Shown one piece after another: positions 19,659-28,954 of a DNA stretch of 64,000 nucleotides. Made by a program: the position numbers and the translations under genes. The DNA comes from a virus: IMG/VR virus record IMGVR_UViG_3300042673_002246. One strand, given 5' to 3'. Under the pieces are notes generated by a model, which saw only the letters and a list, made by a program, of their open reading frames with translations, made no database searches and had not been told where the DNA came from. Position 1 is the stretch's first letter. Every line of letters starts with the position of its first letter.

Positions 19659-20081
19659 ATGTTGGTAACAGATGTAATCGTGAGAAGCAGGGGAACAGCG
19701 TTCTCAATAGCGCACAAATTTCAGCAAGGCGAAAAAATTGCCTTTCGCCAAGAAGGCGACAAAGATGTATTTCTCGTAGATACCGTACTTGTTTCTAATG
19801 ACGGCAATTCGGTTTATGTTGACGGCACTTGGCTTGATGCAGAGAACGATTATGAATTCGGTGGAGAGTGGGATAACGAATTTGATTCCCGTGATGCAAT
19901 TTTTGTTTCGTTCGTAGAAGTAGTAAAGCGTGAGCCTCGCAATTGGACGGAGTGCTTGCCTGCTGAATACAACAATGGCACTTACGCTTGGACGGAAGAA
20001 GTGGTCTGGGATGCAATTGCAGAATTTCACGGAGTAGATGTTTCCGAAATTGCTGACGGTGACCTTGCTTCTTATCTATGA
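19659..20081 (+). CDS. hypothetical protein
   Basis: AAAGGGG SD. Confidence 0.65.
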   Translation: MLVTDVIVRSRGTAFSIAHKFQQGEKIAFRQEGDKDVFLVDTVLVSNDGNSVYVDGTWLDAENDYEFGGEWDNEFDSRDAIFVSFVEVVKREPRNWTECLPAEYNNGTYAWTEEVVWDAIAEFHGVDVSEIADGDLASYL

Positions 20082-20096
20082 ACTAGATAAGTAATG

Positions 20097-20140
20097 AAAG
20101 ACCCACTTATCTAGTGAATAACTAGGTGAGTGGGTTTTTT
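20097..20140 (+). terminator. intrinsic terminator built from two inverted motif copies
   Basis: ACCCACTTATCTAGT-GAATA-ACTAGGTGAGTGGGT followed by a T run. Confidence 0.65.
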
Positions 20141-20320
20141 CGTATGCGTAACTAACTAGATAAGTGCATTGAGTTGGTTACTGCTACCGCAGCCCCGCCT
20201 TTCGTCGGTTTTTATGACATTGACTTATCTAGTAAATAGAAAAGCCCCCATCAGTTCCTGCGAGGACCGATGGGGGCGATTCGTACTGGGTGGAAATCGG
20301 GGGAAATCACCCAGCGAGCT

Positions 20321-21247
20321 TTAGAGACGTATGTATCCAGTCTCTGCCGGCTGTGTAACTGGCTTGATTGCTGCAACTGTCGTGTTCGTAACACTCTCGC
20401 GACGCAGCTTCATTGAGTCACGCACCTGACGCTTCTGTTCGAGCACATCGACGAGAGCAGCGAGCGATGCGTTCATCTCGCCCTTGCTAGTCGGGGTGTA
20501 CTGTCCGTAGAGGTTAAAGGTGCCGTCCGGCAAGGCTTCCTGGCTCGTAGTGAACTGCGAGAGGTCAAACCCGTAGCGAGTACTCCATTTCCAACGGAAC
20601 GTAAAGAACTCCTCGTTAGCCTTTGCTCCACTGCGCAACAAGACGCGAGAATTTGGGTGCTTGAGGACTTCGAGGAACAGCTCTTCAGTCTCGTTCATTG
20701 GGTACTTGATGACGTGATTCAGAGAGCCAGGCTTTGTTTTGGTTGCCTTCCCCATCCTGGTTGAGGTGACTGTCAACCCTGATTCGACAGCAGACTTGAT
20801 GGTTTGCAGCTTCTCACGAATTTGCTTAACCTTGCGGCCACCAGGGATTGTCAGTGCTCCACCCGTGAAGCGTGCATAGTGCTCAATCTCGCCAGCCTCA
20901 TTAGCGCGTGTGACGATTTCGATGCCTTTTGCAATGCTTCGCAGTGGGCCATTGCCACCACGCTTCTTTGACTTCTTGACGAGGAACCACTCATTCGGAG
21001 AATCGAGAAGTGTCATAATAACAACTTCGATGTTCGTCAATCGTGGGACTGCCTTGCTTGAGGTGCGACCAGTGGCCGACGATGGTGGTGCCATCTTTAC
21101 TGGTAGTGGTGCCATCCCACTAATAACCTTTGCCATTTTGACAATGGTTTGCTGGTCTACGTTAGAGGCACTCGATGTAAGTGTCTCAATGAGTTGTGCC
21201 TGTCCGGCACCGGACGGGGACTTACCCCGATGCTTTGTTGTCGCCAT
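20321..21247 (-). CDS. hypothetical protein
   Basis: 308-aa ORF with AAGGAG SD. Confidence 0.7.
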   Translation of the reverse strand: MATTKHRGKSPSGAGQAQLIETLTSSASNVDQQTIVKMAKVISGMAPLPVKMAPPSSATGRTSSKAVPRLTNIEVVIMTLLDSPNEWFLVKKSKKRGGNGPLRSIAKGIEIVTRANEAGEIEHYARFTGGALTIPGGRKVKQIREKLQTIKSAVESGLTVTSTRMGKATKTKPGSLNHVIKYPMNETEELFLEVLKHPNSRVLLRSGAKANEEFFTFRWKWSTRYGFDLSQFTTSQEALPDGTFNLYGQYTPTSKGEMNASLAALVDVLEQKRQVRDSMKLRRESVTNTTVAAIKPVTQPAETGYIRL

Positions 21248-21440
21248 GGTTGGCTCCTTCTAGTTACTTGTCTCAGGTGGCTTATTGCCACTTGGGGACA
21301 GACTAGGGCTTGCCAATACGAGTTCACAACCTCCAACAAAGATTTTTTTTATGTTGCATGGTGGCGTAAAGATGACTAATATTGCCTCCGACCGATGTGA
21401 AGCGCTCACAAAGGCAAACAAACAACTAGGAGATAGCTAA

Positions 21441-21719
21441 ATGGCTACAAAGAAAAAAGCTGCACCAAAGAAAGCAGCAAAGAAAAAGCCGGCCAAGAAA
21501 ACTGCAAAGAAAGCAGTAAAGAAAGCAGTAAAGAAGAAGCCAGCAAAGAAAGCCGTCAAGAAGGCAACCAAGAAGACAGCAAAGAAAGCAAAGACGGTCA
21601 AGAAGGCTGCCAAGAAGGCAGTTCGGATGCCAGCTCCTGCTCGCAAGAAGCTAAAGAAAGCTATTGCTAATAACTCATCAATTATCGACGGTCCAATCGT
21701 CGACAACGCGCAGAAGTAA
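21441..21719 (+). CDS. histone H1-like Lys/Ala-rich DNA-binding protein
   Basis: KKAA/KKPA/KKAV repeats; AGGAG SD. Confidence 0.7.
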   Translation: MATKKKAAPKKAAKKKPAKKTAKKAVKKAVKKKPAKKAVKKATKKTAKKAKTVKKAAKKAVRMPAPARKKLKKAIANNSSIIDGPIVDNAQK

Positions 21720-21725
21720 TTACGC

Positions 21726-22031
21726 ATGTCTCGCCTGCGAATAGAAAGAACAGAGATGTCTCAAATCGGTGAGCCCTCACAGCCTTCGTCAAAGGCGAAG
21801 ACAAGCACAATCAGCTTCGACGAGTGGCTCCACATCGGTCTAGAAAATGACTGGTGTGGACCACCCGTATGCTCAATACATGACGGTATCCCAATGAGCG
21901 AAGCTGAAGAAGAGGAATTTCAGGAAGGTGACCCGTGTGTGCACATCATTCGTTTGTACGAAGATGAAGAGCAAAAGAAGTTGGTAGAAGACTTCCACTC
22001 GCCATCCAATTGGCGTAAACCACTTATCTAG
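21726..22031 (+). CDS. hypothetical protein
   Basis: ORF; start uncertain. Confidence 0.55.
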   Translation: MSRLRIERTEMSQIGEPSQPSSKAKTSTISFDEWLHIGLENDWCGPPVCSIHDGIPMSEAEEEEFQEGDPCVHIIRLYEDEEQKKLVEDFHSPSNWRKPLI

Positions 22032-22208
22032 TTAAGTTCACCCACAGCACTTATAACGGCCACGACGAGGTGGTCTTTGGCTTGTTTTGGCTTCTGATAC
22101 AGGAACAGCACGACGAGTGAAATTTGGTGCTTCTGTTTCCTGCTCTTGTTTTTTCTTTTTAGCCATACCCTATTTTCTCATAGGGAAGCAGCTCTATGGT
22201 GGAAGCGC

Positions 22209-22415
22209 CTAGAACAGGGCTATTTGGATACCACCAGTATCTTCTACTTGTTTGCAGTAGTTGTGCTTGTATTCGTGAAGCTCGTCAATAACTTCGGAAA
22301 TTGTTGTCCCCTTGGCTTTAAGCCAAACAACAGCTTTACGTTCGCTAATCGAATCTTGTGGGCGCAACGGTAGACCACATACGCAACACGTGAACAACGG
22401 TGGGAGTGAAGCCAT
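22209..22415 (-). CDS. hypothetical Zn-binding protein
   Basis: CCVC...HNYC. Confidence 0.5.
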   Translation of the reverse strand: MASLPPLFTCCVCGLPLRPQDSISERKAVVWLKAKGTTISEVIDELHEYKHNYCKQVEDTGGIQIALF

Positions 22416-22421
22416 AATCTA

Positions 22422-22619
22422 TTACCACTTTCCTACTGGGCATTCAGCCTCAATTAGTCTTGTTTTTAAATGCATGAAGCAACCACACACAGCGCACTGC
22501 TGCGTTTGGCGCAAGAATTCAGGGCATGCCTTGCAGATAGCGAAGCGCTCCTGTTGTTTCTTTTCGGTCGTGTAATTCTGTCGGCGCAGCAAGTGCCAGG
22601 GCATGTTTCGTCGTCTCAT
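22422..22619 (-). CDS. small Cys-rich protein (DUF6171-like)
   Basis: RFAICKACP...CAVCGCFM..KT...AECPVGKW. Confidence 0.55.
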   Translation of the reverse strand: MRRRNMPWHLLRRQNYTTEKKQQERFAICKACPEFLRQTQQCAVCGCFMHLKTRLIEAECPVGKW

Positions 22620-22873
22620 AACTTAATCCCGACCACCCCGTGCCTTGCTATCAAATTTTAAAAATCCGTACAGAACTAGCAAGAGCAGCACGGAAACAAT
22701 AACGCTGTTGGTATCCATGGACCCATGATAGCGATTTTCTCGCTTTTCATCAAGCTCACTGATAAACCTGCTTTCCTCGACTTAGGATTCACATCGCAGA
22801 CCGGCAGGGCTCACACTCTCCTTTCGGTATCCAACACACGTGAGCCTTGTCGGTCCTCATTTTTATCTGTACA

Positions 22874-24811
22874 ATGTCCATCGTGAAGTTATTTTTAGAC
22901 CACAACGAAATAATTCTTGATTTTCCATTTGATGCCGGCCAGGTTGAGGAAATAAAACGCATATCAGGTGCAAGGTGGGACAAGATTGGCCGTGTGTGGC
23001 GCTTACCAATTACGGCTATCAATGAAGGTCGTGAGTTTGCATTGCGTCATAACTTTGAGGTCACTGTCGATGCTCTAAAGTTCTCCGTACCAATACCTGC
23101 TATAGGGCGCACCGGTGCTCGTGTGTATGTCGATAATGGTATGGCGGTTATCCGTGTGCCTTATGAGCGAGTAATCATTAAGGCTATTAAACAAATACCT
23201 GGCATTACATGGGATAGCAAAATGCTTGCATGGAAAGCCCCCCTTACATCGATTACAAATATCATTACGTGGGCCAAATCTTTCGGCGTTACCGTAGACA
23301 ATGAGCTAATGGACATGGCTGTACAAGTAGAGACAGAGATGACTGAATTGATACAGGCATCACGCTCGGTAGACGCAGAGATACAGATACCTGAACTACA
23401 AGGCGCACTGCTGCCGTATCAGAAAGCTGGAGTTTCGTACGCTGCAAGAGCCCGTAGGACATTTATCGCTGACGACATGGGTCTCGGAAAGACACTGCAG
23501 GCGATGTCCACGCTCGAATACGTTCACGACAGTTACCCAGCAGTCGTTGTATGTCCACCAAGTCTCGTGCTTAACTGGGCGAGTGAATATTCGAAGTGGT
23601 ATCCACATCGCAAGGTGGCCACTGTGACGAACCGTAAGTCATTCCCTGACGCAGGCACATATGACGTTGTGGTAGTTGGATACAGCAATATCGCTACATG
23701 GGAGAAGCAACTATCCAAACATCGCTCGTACGTATGGGATGAAAGCCACTATCTAAAAACGCCCACCTCGCAGAGAACGAAAGCAGCAGTCAAGATAGCT
23801 CGTAGCGCACCAAAAGAAGGTCTCGTATTGTGTCTCACGGGAACACCCGTAACGAACAGGCCGAACGAATACGCAAGCCAACTTGATGTACTGGGTCGCC
23901 TCAAGGACTTTGGTGGGTTGTGGGGTTTCTATCGACGCTATTGCGCTGCATACCAAGACAGTTTTGGTCAGTGGAATATCAGTGGACACTCACACCTAGA
24001 CGAACTCAATGACAGGCTTCGTGGCACTTGCTACATACGCCGTACGAAAGACCAAGTGTTATCGGAGTTGCCACCCGTAGTCCATAGCAAATTGCTGGTA
24101 GAGGGCTCATCACAAGCGATGAAAGAATACAAGAAAGCAGAGAACGACATTATTCTCTACATCGCAGAGCGAGCCCGACAACTCGCCATAGAGCAGGGCA
24201 AGTCACAGCACGGCGCTGCCATATCAGCAATGATTAGGGCAGAAGCGAACGAACATTTAGTCCGTCTGTCGGTGCTTCGCCGTCTTGCTGCGAAAGCAAA
24301 GATGGAAGTCGCTCATGAGTGGATTACTGAACGTATAGAGGCCGGCCGTAAGGTCGTTGTCGCTGCACACCATCGAGACATCGTTGACGAAATCGCCCGT
24401 AAGTATGGAGACCTACGTATTCAGGGTGGAATGAAGGTTGAGGAAGTAGAGGAGAATAAACGCAAGTTTCAGCAGTTAACCGTAGATAAAGCACCCGTAA
24501 TCGTGTTATCTATCCAGGCTGCCAAAACTGGACACACACTCACTGCGTCAGAGGAGTGTTTATTCATAGAACTTCCGTGGACACCAGCAGACGTAGACCA
24601 GACATACTCACGCCTACATCGCATCGGACAACAAGGAAGCGTGACGGCAACTTATCTATTAACTAAAGACACCATTGATGAGGAGATTTATCAACTCATC
24701 GAGCGAAAGCGTTCGGTGGTAAATGCGTCAGTAGAAGGTGGGGAGTTCGCTAACGAGGATAGTGCCGTGCAACTTATTCTGAATTTACTCGGTAAAGCAG
24801 AACAGAACTAA
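22874..24811 (+). CDS. SNF2-family helicase with tandem HARP-like N-terminal domains
   Basis: DDMGLGKT, WDESH, LTGTP, SRLHRIGQ; two FPFD/VPYE...IPG..WD....W repeats. Confidence 0.85.
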   Translation: MSIVKLFLDHNEIILDFPFDAGQVEEIKRISGARWDKIGRVWRLPITAINEGREFALRHNFEVTVDALKFSVPIPAIGRTGARVYVDNGMAVIRVPYERVIIKAIKQIPGITWDSKMLAWKAPLTSITNIITWAKSFGVTVDNELMDMAVQVETEMTELIQASRSVDAEIQIPELQGALLPYQKAGVSYAARARRTFIADDMGLGKTLQAMSTLEYVHDSYPAVVVCPPSLVLNWASEYSKWYPHRKVATVTNRKSFPDAGTYDVVVVGYSNIATWEKQLSKHRSYVWDESHYLKTPTSQRTKAAVKIARSAPKEGLVLCLTGTPVTNRPNEYASQLDVLGRLKDFGGLWGFYRRYCAAYQDSFGQWNISGHSHLDELNDRLRGTCYIRRTKDQVLSELPPVVHSKLLVEGSSQAMKEYKKAENDIILYIAERARQLAIEQGKSQHGAAISAMIRAEANEHLVRLSVLRRLAAKAKMEVAHEWITERIEAGRKVVVAAHHRDIVDEIARKYGDLRIQGGMKVEEVEENKRKFQQLTVDKAPVIVLSIQAAKTGHTLTASEECLFIELPWTPADVDQTYSRLHRIGQQGSVTATYLLTKDTIDEEIYQLIERKRSVVNASVEGGEFANEDSAVQLILNLLGKAEQN

Positions 24812-25275
24812 TCGGTTTCGGAACTTGTTTCCGACTTACCCGTGGCACCCTGGGTGCGACCGTAAAATATTTCCTCTGCAATTAGTTTGGAATATTTCTT
24901 ACGCAAGCGCCATATTTTCTTGTTCATTTCAGTCATCTCTTGGCTCATTCGAGCTTTGATTATTGCTTTGTCGTCATACACGCCGTGCCCATTAAATAGT
25001 GCGTCATGGATATCTGCGTCCTCAATGATGATGTCTGATATCCAACCGGCACGTTTGTCTATTGCCATCATTAATTCACACAAACCCTCTACGCCGAATT
25101 CATCGTGAATTCGATTTGCGATTATTGAGCAGAAGTGTGAACGATACATATTTCTCGCTTTCTGCGAGTTAGACATGAACTCGGATATGAACAGCGCAAG
25201 TTCTTCCTTTGTCGGCATTTCTTCGCCATCATCACCGGCAAATTCGTAAAAATCGTCTGCGCCGTCGTTATTCAT
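24808..25275 (-). CDS. hypothetical protein
   Basis: ORF with GAGG SD. Confidence 0.6.
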   Translation of the reverse strand: MNNDGADDFYEFAGDDGEEMPTKEELALFISEFMSNSQKARNMYRSHFCSIIANRIHDEFGVEGLCELMMAIDKRAGWISDIIIEDADIHDALFNGHGVYDDKAIIKARMSQEMTEMNKKIWRLRKKYSKLIAEEIFYGRTQGATGKSETSSETD

Positions 25276-25323
25276 CTTGCCTCACTTTTCTATGGGCTTG
25301 ACTAATAATACCCGTACTAGAAG

Positions 25324-26349
25324 TCAGACATTTGTTAATAGATAAGTTTGAGTTTTTAGTTTTGTTCTCGTCACCCATGAGTTGTTGTCCATGGACGCGA
25401 GCGCGCGTTCATCGCGAGAAGCATCTCGGTAGTGGTCGAGATATTCGCCGATGGCGTTATAGATTGACCAGCCGTTGTACCCGTAGTTCTTTGCGTTGTT
25501 TTCGTTTTCATAAATAGCGCGAACTAGCGACAACACGTCATCACGGTTCTTTCTCTGACGCTCTGTGCTATTTGGCTCTATCGGAAATGCTGTATTTAGG
25601 ACTTTGTCAAGAACTTGTGTGCGTGCTGGAACTTTCACTGCCAGTAGTCGTTCGGCAGTAGCAGCAAAGTTGTTTGCCCATTCATTAGATATCGCAAGAA
25701 CTTCATTCGCTTGCTCTATCGCTCTGTCTGCATTACGAGTGTGACGAGCAGTAAATACCCGTCGAGCGCTTTCTATGCCAAGCGTTACGGTATTTTGACA
25801 TACGGCACGAATAGAAGTGTTGGCGAATGTAATTGCCGTCTTTCCATCGTGTCCATTGCGAACAAGTAAGTAGCGCGCTATTTGGTCATTCACGCCAGCA
25901 GGGTCTACGACTATCGCGCCCAAGTCAAGTGAAGCAAAGAAACCTTTTCCATCGTGTAGAACACCGGCGGTATCTACAACTGCGTCTCCTTCGGAAGCAC
26001 CCACGATGCTTAGCGCATAATCCAAACACTCTTTATTCTGCTGAACTACATAACGCGTTCCAACGGTGGCCAAACCGGTGAATGTGCCGTCAATGTTGAC
26101 CCGTACGGTTGCACGACTGTCCGGCACGAGAATAGTTGTGCCATCAGGGTTCCGTAGTGGTTCGCCATTGTCATCGCAAATTGCCACCCGTGTTGTGACT
26201 ACATCGAAGTTCGCCTGTGAAGCTTCGAGCATTGCCTCTGCCGTTTGTAGCCCCTTCATTGGCGTTCCAAGCCTGTGCCACGGGATTTCTCTGTCGGCGT
26301 ATGCCATTCTCGCTGTGCCGTCTTTATTGATTTCTAGTCCGTGTGCCAT
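25324..26349 (-). CDS. DUF932 family phage/plasmid protein
   Basis: MAHGLE...PWHRLG...YLLVRNGHDG...IRAVCQNT...RHT. Confidence 0.85.
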   Translation of the reverse strand: MAHGLEINKDGTARMAYADREIPWHRLGTPMKGLQTAEAMLEASQANFDVVTTRVAICDDNGEPLRNPDGTTILVPDSRATVRVNIDGTFTGLATVGTRYVVQQNKECLDYALSIVGASEGDAVVDTAGVLHDGKGFFASLDLGAIVVDPAGVNDQIARYLLVRNGHDGKTAITFANTSIRAVCQNTVTLGIESARRVFTARHTRNADRAIEQANEVLAISNEWANNFAATAERLLAVKVPARTQVLDKVLNTAFPIEPNSTERQRKNRDDVLSLVRAIYENENNAKNYGYNGWSIYNAIGEYLDHYRDASRDERALASMDNNSWVTRTKLKTQTYLLTNV

Positions 26350-26489
26350 TTCGTGTCTTTCCTTCTCTCTCTTTTAGATAAATCTAACCGAGTATTGCCT
26401 GGTTCATTGTACACCGGGGCTCCAGAGGCAGGGGCAGTGGTTGGGGTTCGGTCTGTGGCGAGGGCGCACGGGTGGGTCGGCAGAAAGTC

Positions 26490-26518
26490 GGATAATTCTG
26501 CTCGTCAATGGTTATGAT
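26490..26518 (+). promoter_or_regulatory. phage promoter GGATAATTCTGC-N11-TATGAT
   Basis: Variant class member. Confidence 0.6.
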
Positions 26519-26554
26519 TTATTCAGGAACTAACGCTCGTGAAAGGGGCAACTA

Positions 26555-26833
26555 ATGAAGTTACTAGATAAGTGCGAAAACTGGTGTCAGGAACATTATC
26601 TCGGAACGATGAAGGCTCTGCTCGGCATTATCTCTGCCGTGCCGACTATCGGACTGTTCGGAGTGGTTCAGGCGTACTACAACAGCAACATCGGCGACCT
26701 GCTGACCTGTTTGTTCATCGTGGTAGGTGGAACGGTGATTACCACCCTATTCGCTCTGACCGTGTACAACGAACATCAAGACGAACGCTACGGCTCTATT
26801 CGCCGTCACCCAGTCACGAAGCGAGTGCGCTAA
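26555..26833 (+). CDS. small membrane protein
   Basis: Two TM segments; AAAGGGG SD. Confidence 0.6.
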   Translation: MKLLDKCENWCQEHYLGTMKALLGIISAVPTIGLFGVVQAYYNSNIGDLLTCLFIVVGGTVITTLFALTVYNEHQDERYGSIRRHPVTKRVR

Positions 26834-27534
26834 TGACTACGACAGCACTGGACACCCGTAGCGTGTTAGCAGAAATGCTAACAGAAAACACTGGAACGCA
26901 CATCTTGGACAGTGGTGGCGCATACGGCAGGAACTGGGAACGAAACAATGGCAAGACGCTTGCCGATTTTGAGAACGAACCGACTGCGTGGGCTGACGGT
27001 TATGGCGTAGTGCTTTCAGTTTTTCACTTTCTTGCGAACCGTGTGGAGTTTCTGCCGAGTATCCAAGCCGAGTTAGATGATTTGGCACGGTGTATGCCTG
27101 ATGAGGGCTGGTTGGCTATCGCCGAGACACTGGCTGAACGCTACGACCCTAAGCCTCGTACTTGGAACACTTACAACGGCGAGGACAGTCTTTCGCAAAC
27201 ACTACAAGGCGTATCGTTCACCCGTAATGACGGTGAGACTGTGAGCCTTATTCAGATACACGGGGGCTGTGATGTTCGTGGTGGATACACGAAGCCTCGT
27301 GCTTTCCGTGTGACGGTGGAAATGGCTGACTGTTTCCCATACGACCACAACTCTTATGAGTTGGAGTGTCCGACTGATAACGAACACTCTCTCTCGTATT
27401 TGGGTGAGTACATCGGTTGGCACGGGTCAAGCATTGACGCTGATGAGTATCCGACATACGACAGCGAGAAGCGAACAGCGAACTGTGTGAAGTGTGGTTC
27501 GCCATTCATCGTTCACGCCTCTGAACCGTACTAG
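26833..27534 (+). CDS. hypothetical protein
   Basis: Start at TAATG overlap; ENTGTHILDSGGAYGRNW, IHGGCDVRGGY. Confidence 0.7.
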   Translation: MTTTALDTRSVLAEMLTENTGTHILDSGGAYGRNWERNNGKTLADFENEPTAWADGYGVVLSVFHFLANRVEFLPSIQAELDDLARCMPDEGWLAIAETLAERYDPKPRTWNTYNGEDSLSQTLQGVSFTRNDGETVSLIQIHGGCDVRGGYTKPRAFRVTVEMADCFPYDHNSYELECPTDNEHSLSYLGEYIGWHGSSIDADEYPTYDSEKRTANCVKCGSPFIVHASEPY

Positions 27535-27767
27535 ATAAGTCTCAACGGTCACCCGTAGCCTCTGCGCTCTTATCCCCAACCCCCTTTCATCAAGGGCGTA
27601 GGGGTTACGGGGTTTCACTTATCTAGTGAGCATTACTCTGCTACGGCGAGACTATGACTTACTAGATAAGTGTTCATCACAAGTGAGGGCAAAGTGCGAA
27701 GCACTGCGCCAGCCGGGGCTCCGAGCGTTTGAGTGTGGTTTGTGTTGTAACTAGATAAGATGATGAG

Positions 27768-28100
27768 ATGAACGAGAACACCTATCGAACAGCAAAGACA
27801 ATTCTCATCGCTATCGCAATAACACTTGCGTCAGTATTCGCATTTGGGTATTTGGAAAGACAGCAAGCAAGAGACAGTGAGTTCTTTTGTGATGGCACAC
27901 CAGTCACTATCAAAGAAGGCGACACTCTCTATTGGATAGCCCGAACAAAGTGTGAAGGCAACACTATGGAAGTGGTGGACAGACTTGTCGCCCTGTACGG
28001 CACGACATTGACTATCGGTGACACCATCTATCTGCCGACACACAACTCCTGTGAGTTGCGTATGACAGACGGTGGTCAAGTAATGGAAGAGTGTGCGTGA
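27768..28100 (+). CDS. membrane-anchored LysM-domain protein (paralog of 13077-13376)
   Basis: TM helix; TIKEGDTLYWIA...LTIGDTIYLP. Confidence 0.75.
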   Translation: MNENTYRTAKTILIAIAITLASVFAFGYLERQQARDSEFFCDGTPVTIKEGDTLYWIARTKCEGNTMEVVDRLVALYGTTLTIGDTIYLPTHNSCELRMTDGGQVMEECA

Positions 28101-28109
28101 TGAACTTAT

Positions 28110-28313
28110 CTAGTTCAGTATCTGTCCAACACTGACAACGAAAACTTCTCCACAGTAAAGCACACGGGCGTACTGTTTATCTGTGTCGTGGTATGAGATG
28201 AACTCTGCTTCCACAGCACCCGTAGTCATTCGGCGTGCCTTGTCTGAAACGATGTGACCGAACGACACTGGTATCAACAGCGTCTGACCTACGGTAAGTC
28301 CTTTGGTAATCAC
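28110..28313 (-). CDS. hypothetical protein
   Basis: Coupled ORF. Confidence 0.5.
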   Translation of the reverse strand: MITKGLTVGQTLLIPVSFGHIVSDKARRMTTGAVEAEFISYHDTDKQYARVLYCGEVFVVSVGQILN

Positions 28314-28498
28314 TAGATGCCGTATGTTCCGAGTTGAGTGCGCTCTGCTTGGCGCAAGACTTCGTAGATTTCGGAAACATGCGCTTCCGTGTGTTCATCA
28401 TCAGCGAACAACCTGACTATCTGTAAGACACACTCCAAGCGAGCAACCTGCTGTGCCGTAAGTGTGATAGTGAGTTCTGCGTTTCGTGCTATTCCCAT
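28313..28498 (-). CDS. hypothetical protein
   Basis: SD; class promoter at 28520-28548. Confidence 0.55.
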   Translation of the reverse strand: MGIARNAELTITLTAQQVARLECVLQIVRLFADDEHTEAHVSEIYEVLRQAERTQLGTYGI

Positions 28499-28546
28499 TG
28501 TGTTCCCCTTTCGGTATTGACCTTAGGGTAGGGCGAGCAGACTTAT

Positions 28547-28954
28547 CTATTTACTATCTGTGACATCACGCCACTGACCATCAACGACCACCTGATAGTG
28601 CGCCCCCGACACTGGCACGAGTTCGCCATTAGCATTGCGTTCATACTTGCCGAAGTTCTCAGTGGAACGCCATGCCCACTCACAGCACGGTGTTTCACTA
28701 TCGCAGGGGTGTGTCCCCTTACCTATCGTCTCTGCCAATGCTGGGAACAGAGTAAGGAACTTCACTATGCAGTCGTGACACAGTATCCAACTACGGCTAC
28801 GGCGATTACTAAACAGTACATCTACCTCATCAGTGAAGCCACCATAGTAACCAAATAGGTCAAATGGTAAATCCCAACCGTTACTAGGTAGGTGCTTTTG
28901 TTCATCGCACTGGACATCGTAGTCACAACCTGAACAGCGAACATGGTTACTCAT
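28547..28954 (-). CDS. hypothetical Cys-rich protein
   Basis: Class promoter at 28964-28992, near-leaderless. Confidence 0.6.
   Translation of the reverse strand: MSNHVRCSGCDYDVQCDEQKHLPSNGWDLPFDLFGYYGGFTDEVDVLFSNRRSRSWILCHDCIVKFLTLFPALAETIGKGTHPCDSETPCCEWAWRSTENFGKYERNANGELVPVSGAHYQVVVDGQWRDVTDSK

Noticed and set aside
22848-22869. TGTCGG-N10-TA PafBC-like promoter before the SNF2 gene
   Set aside because: Hexamer is TATCTG and lacks the conserved final T; single instance
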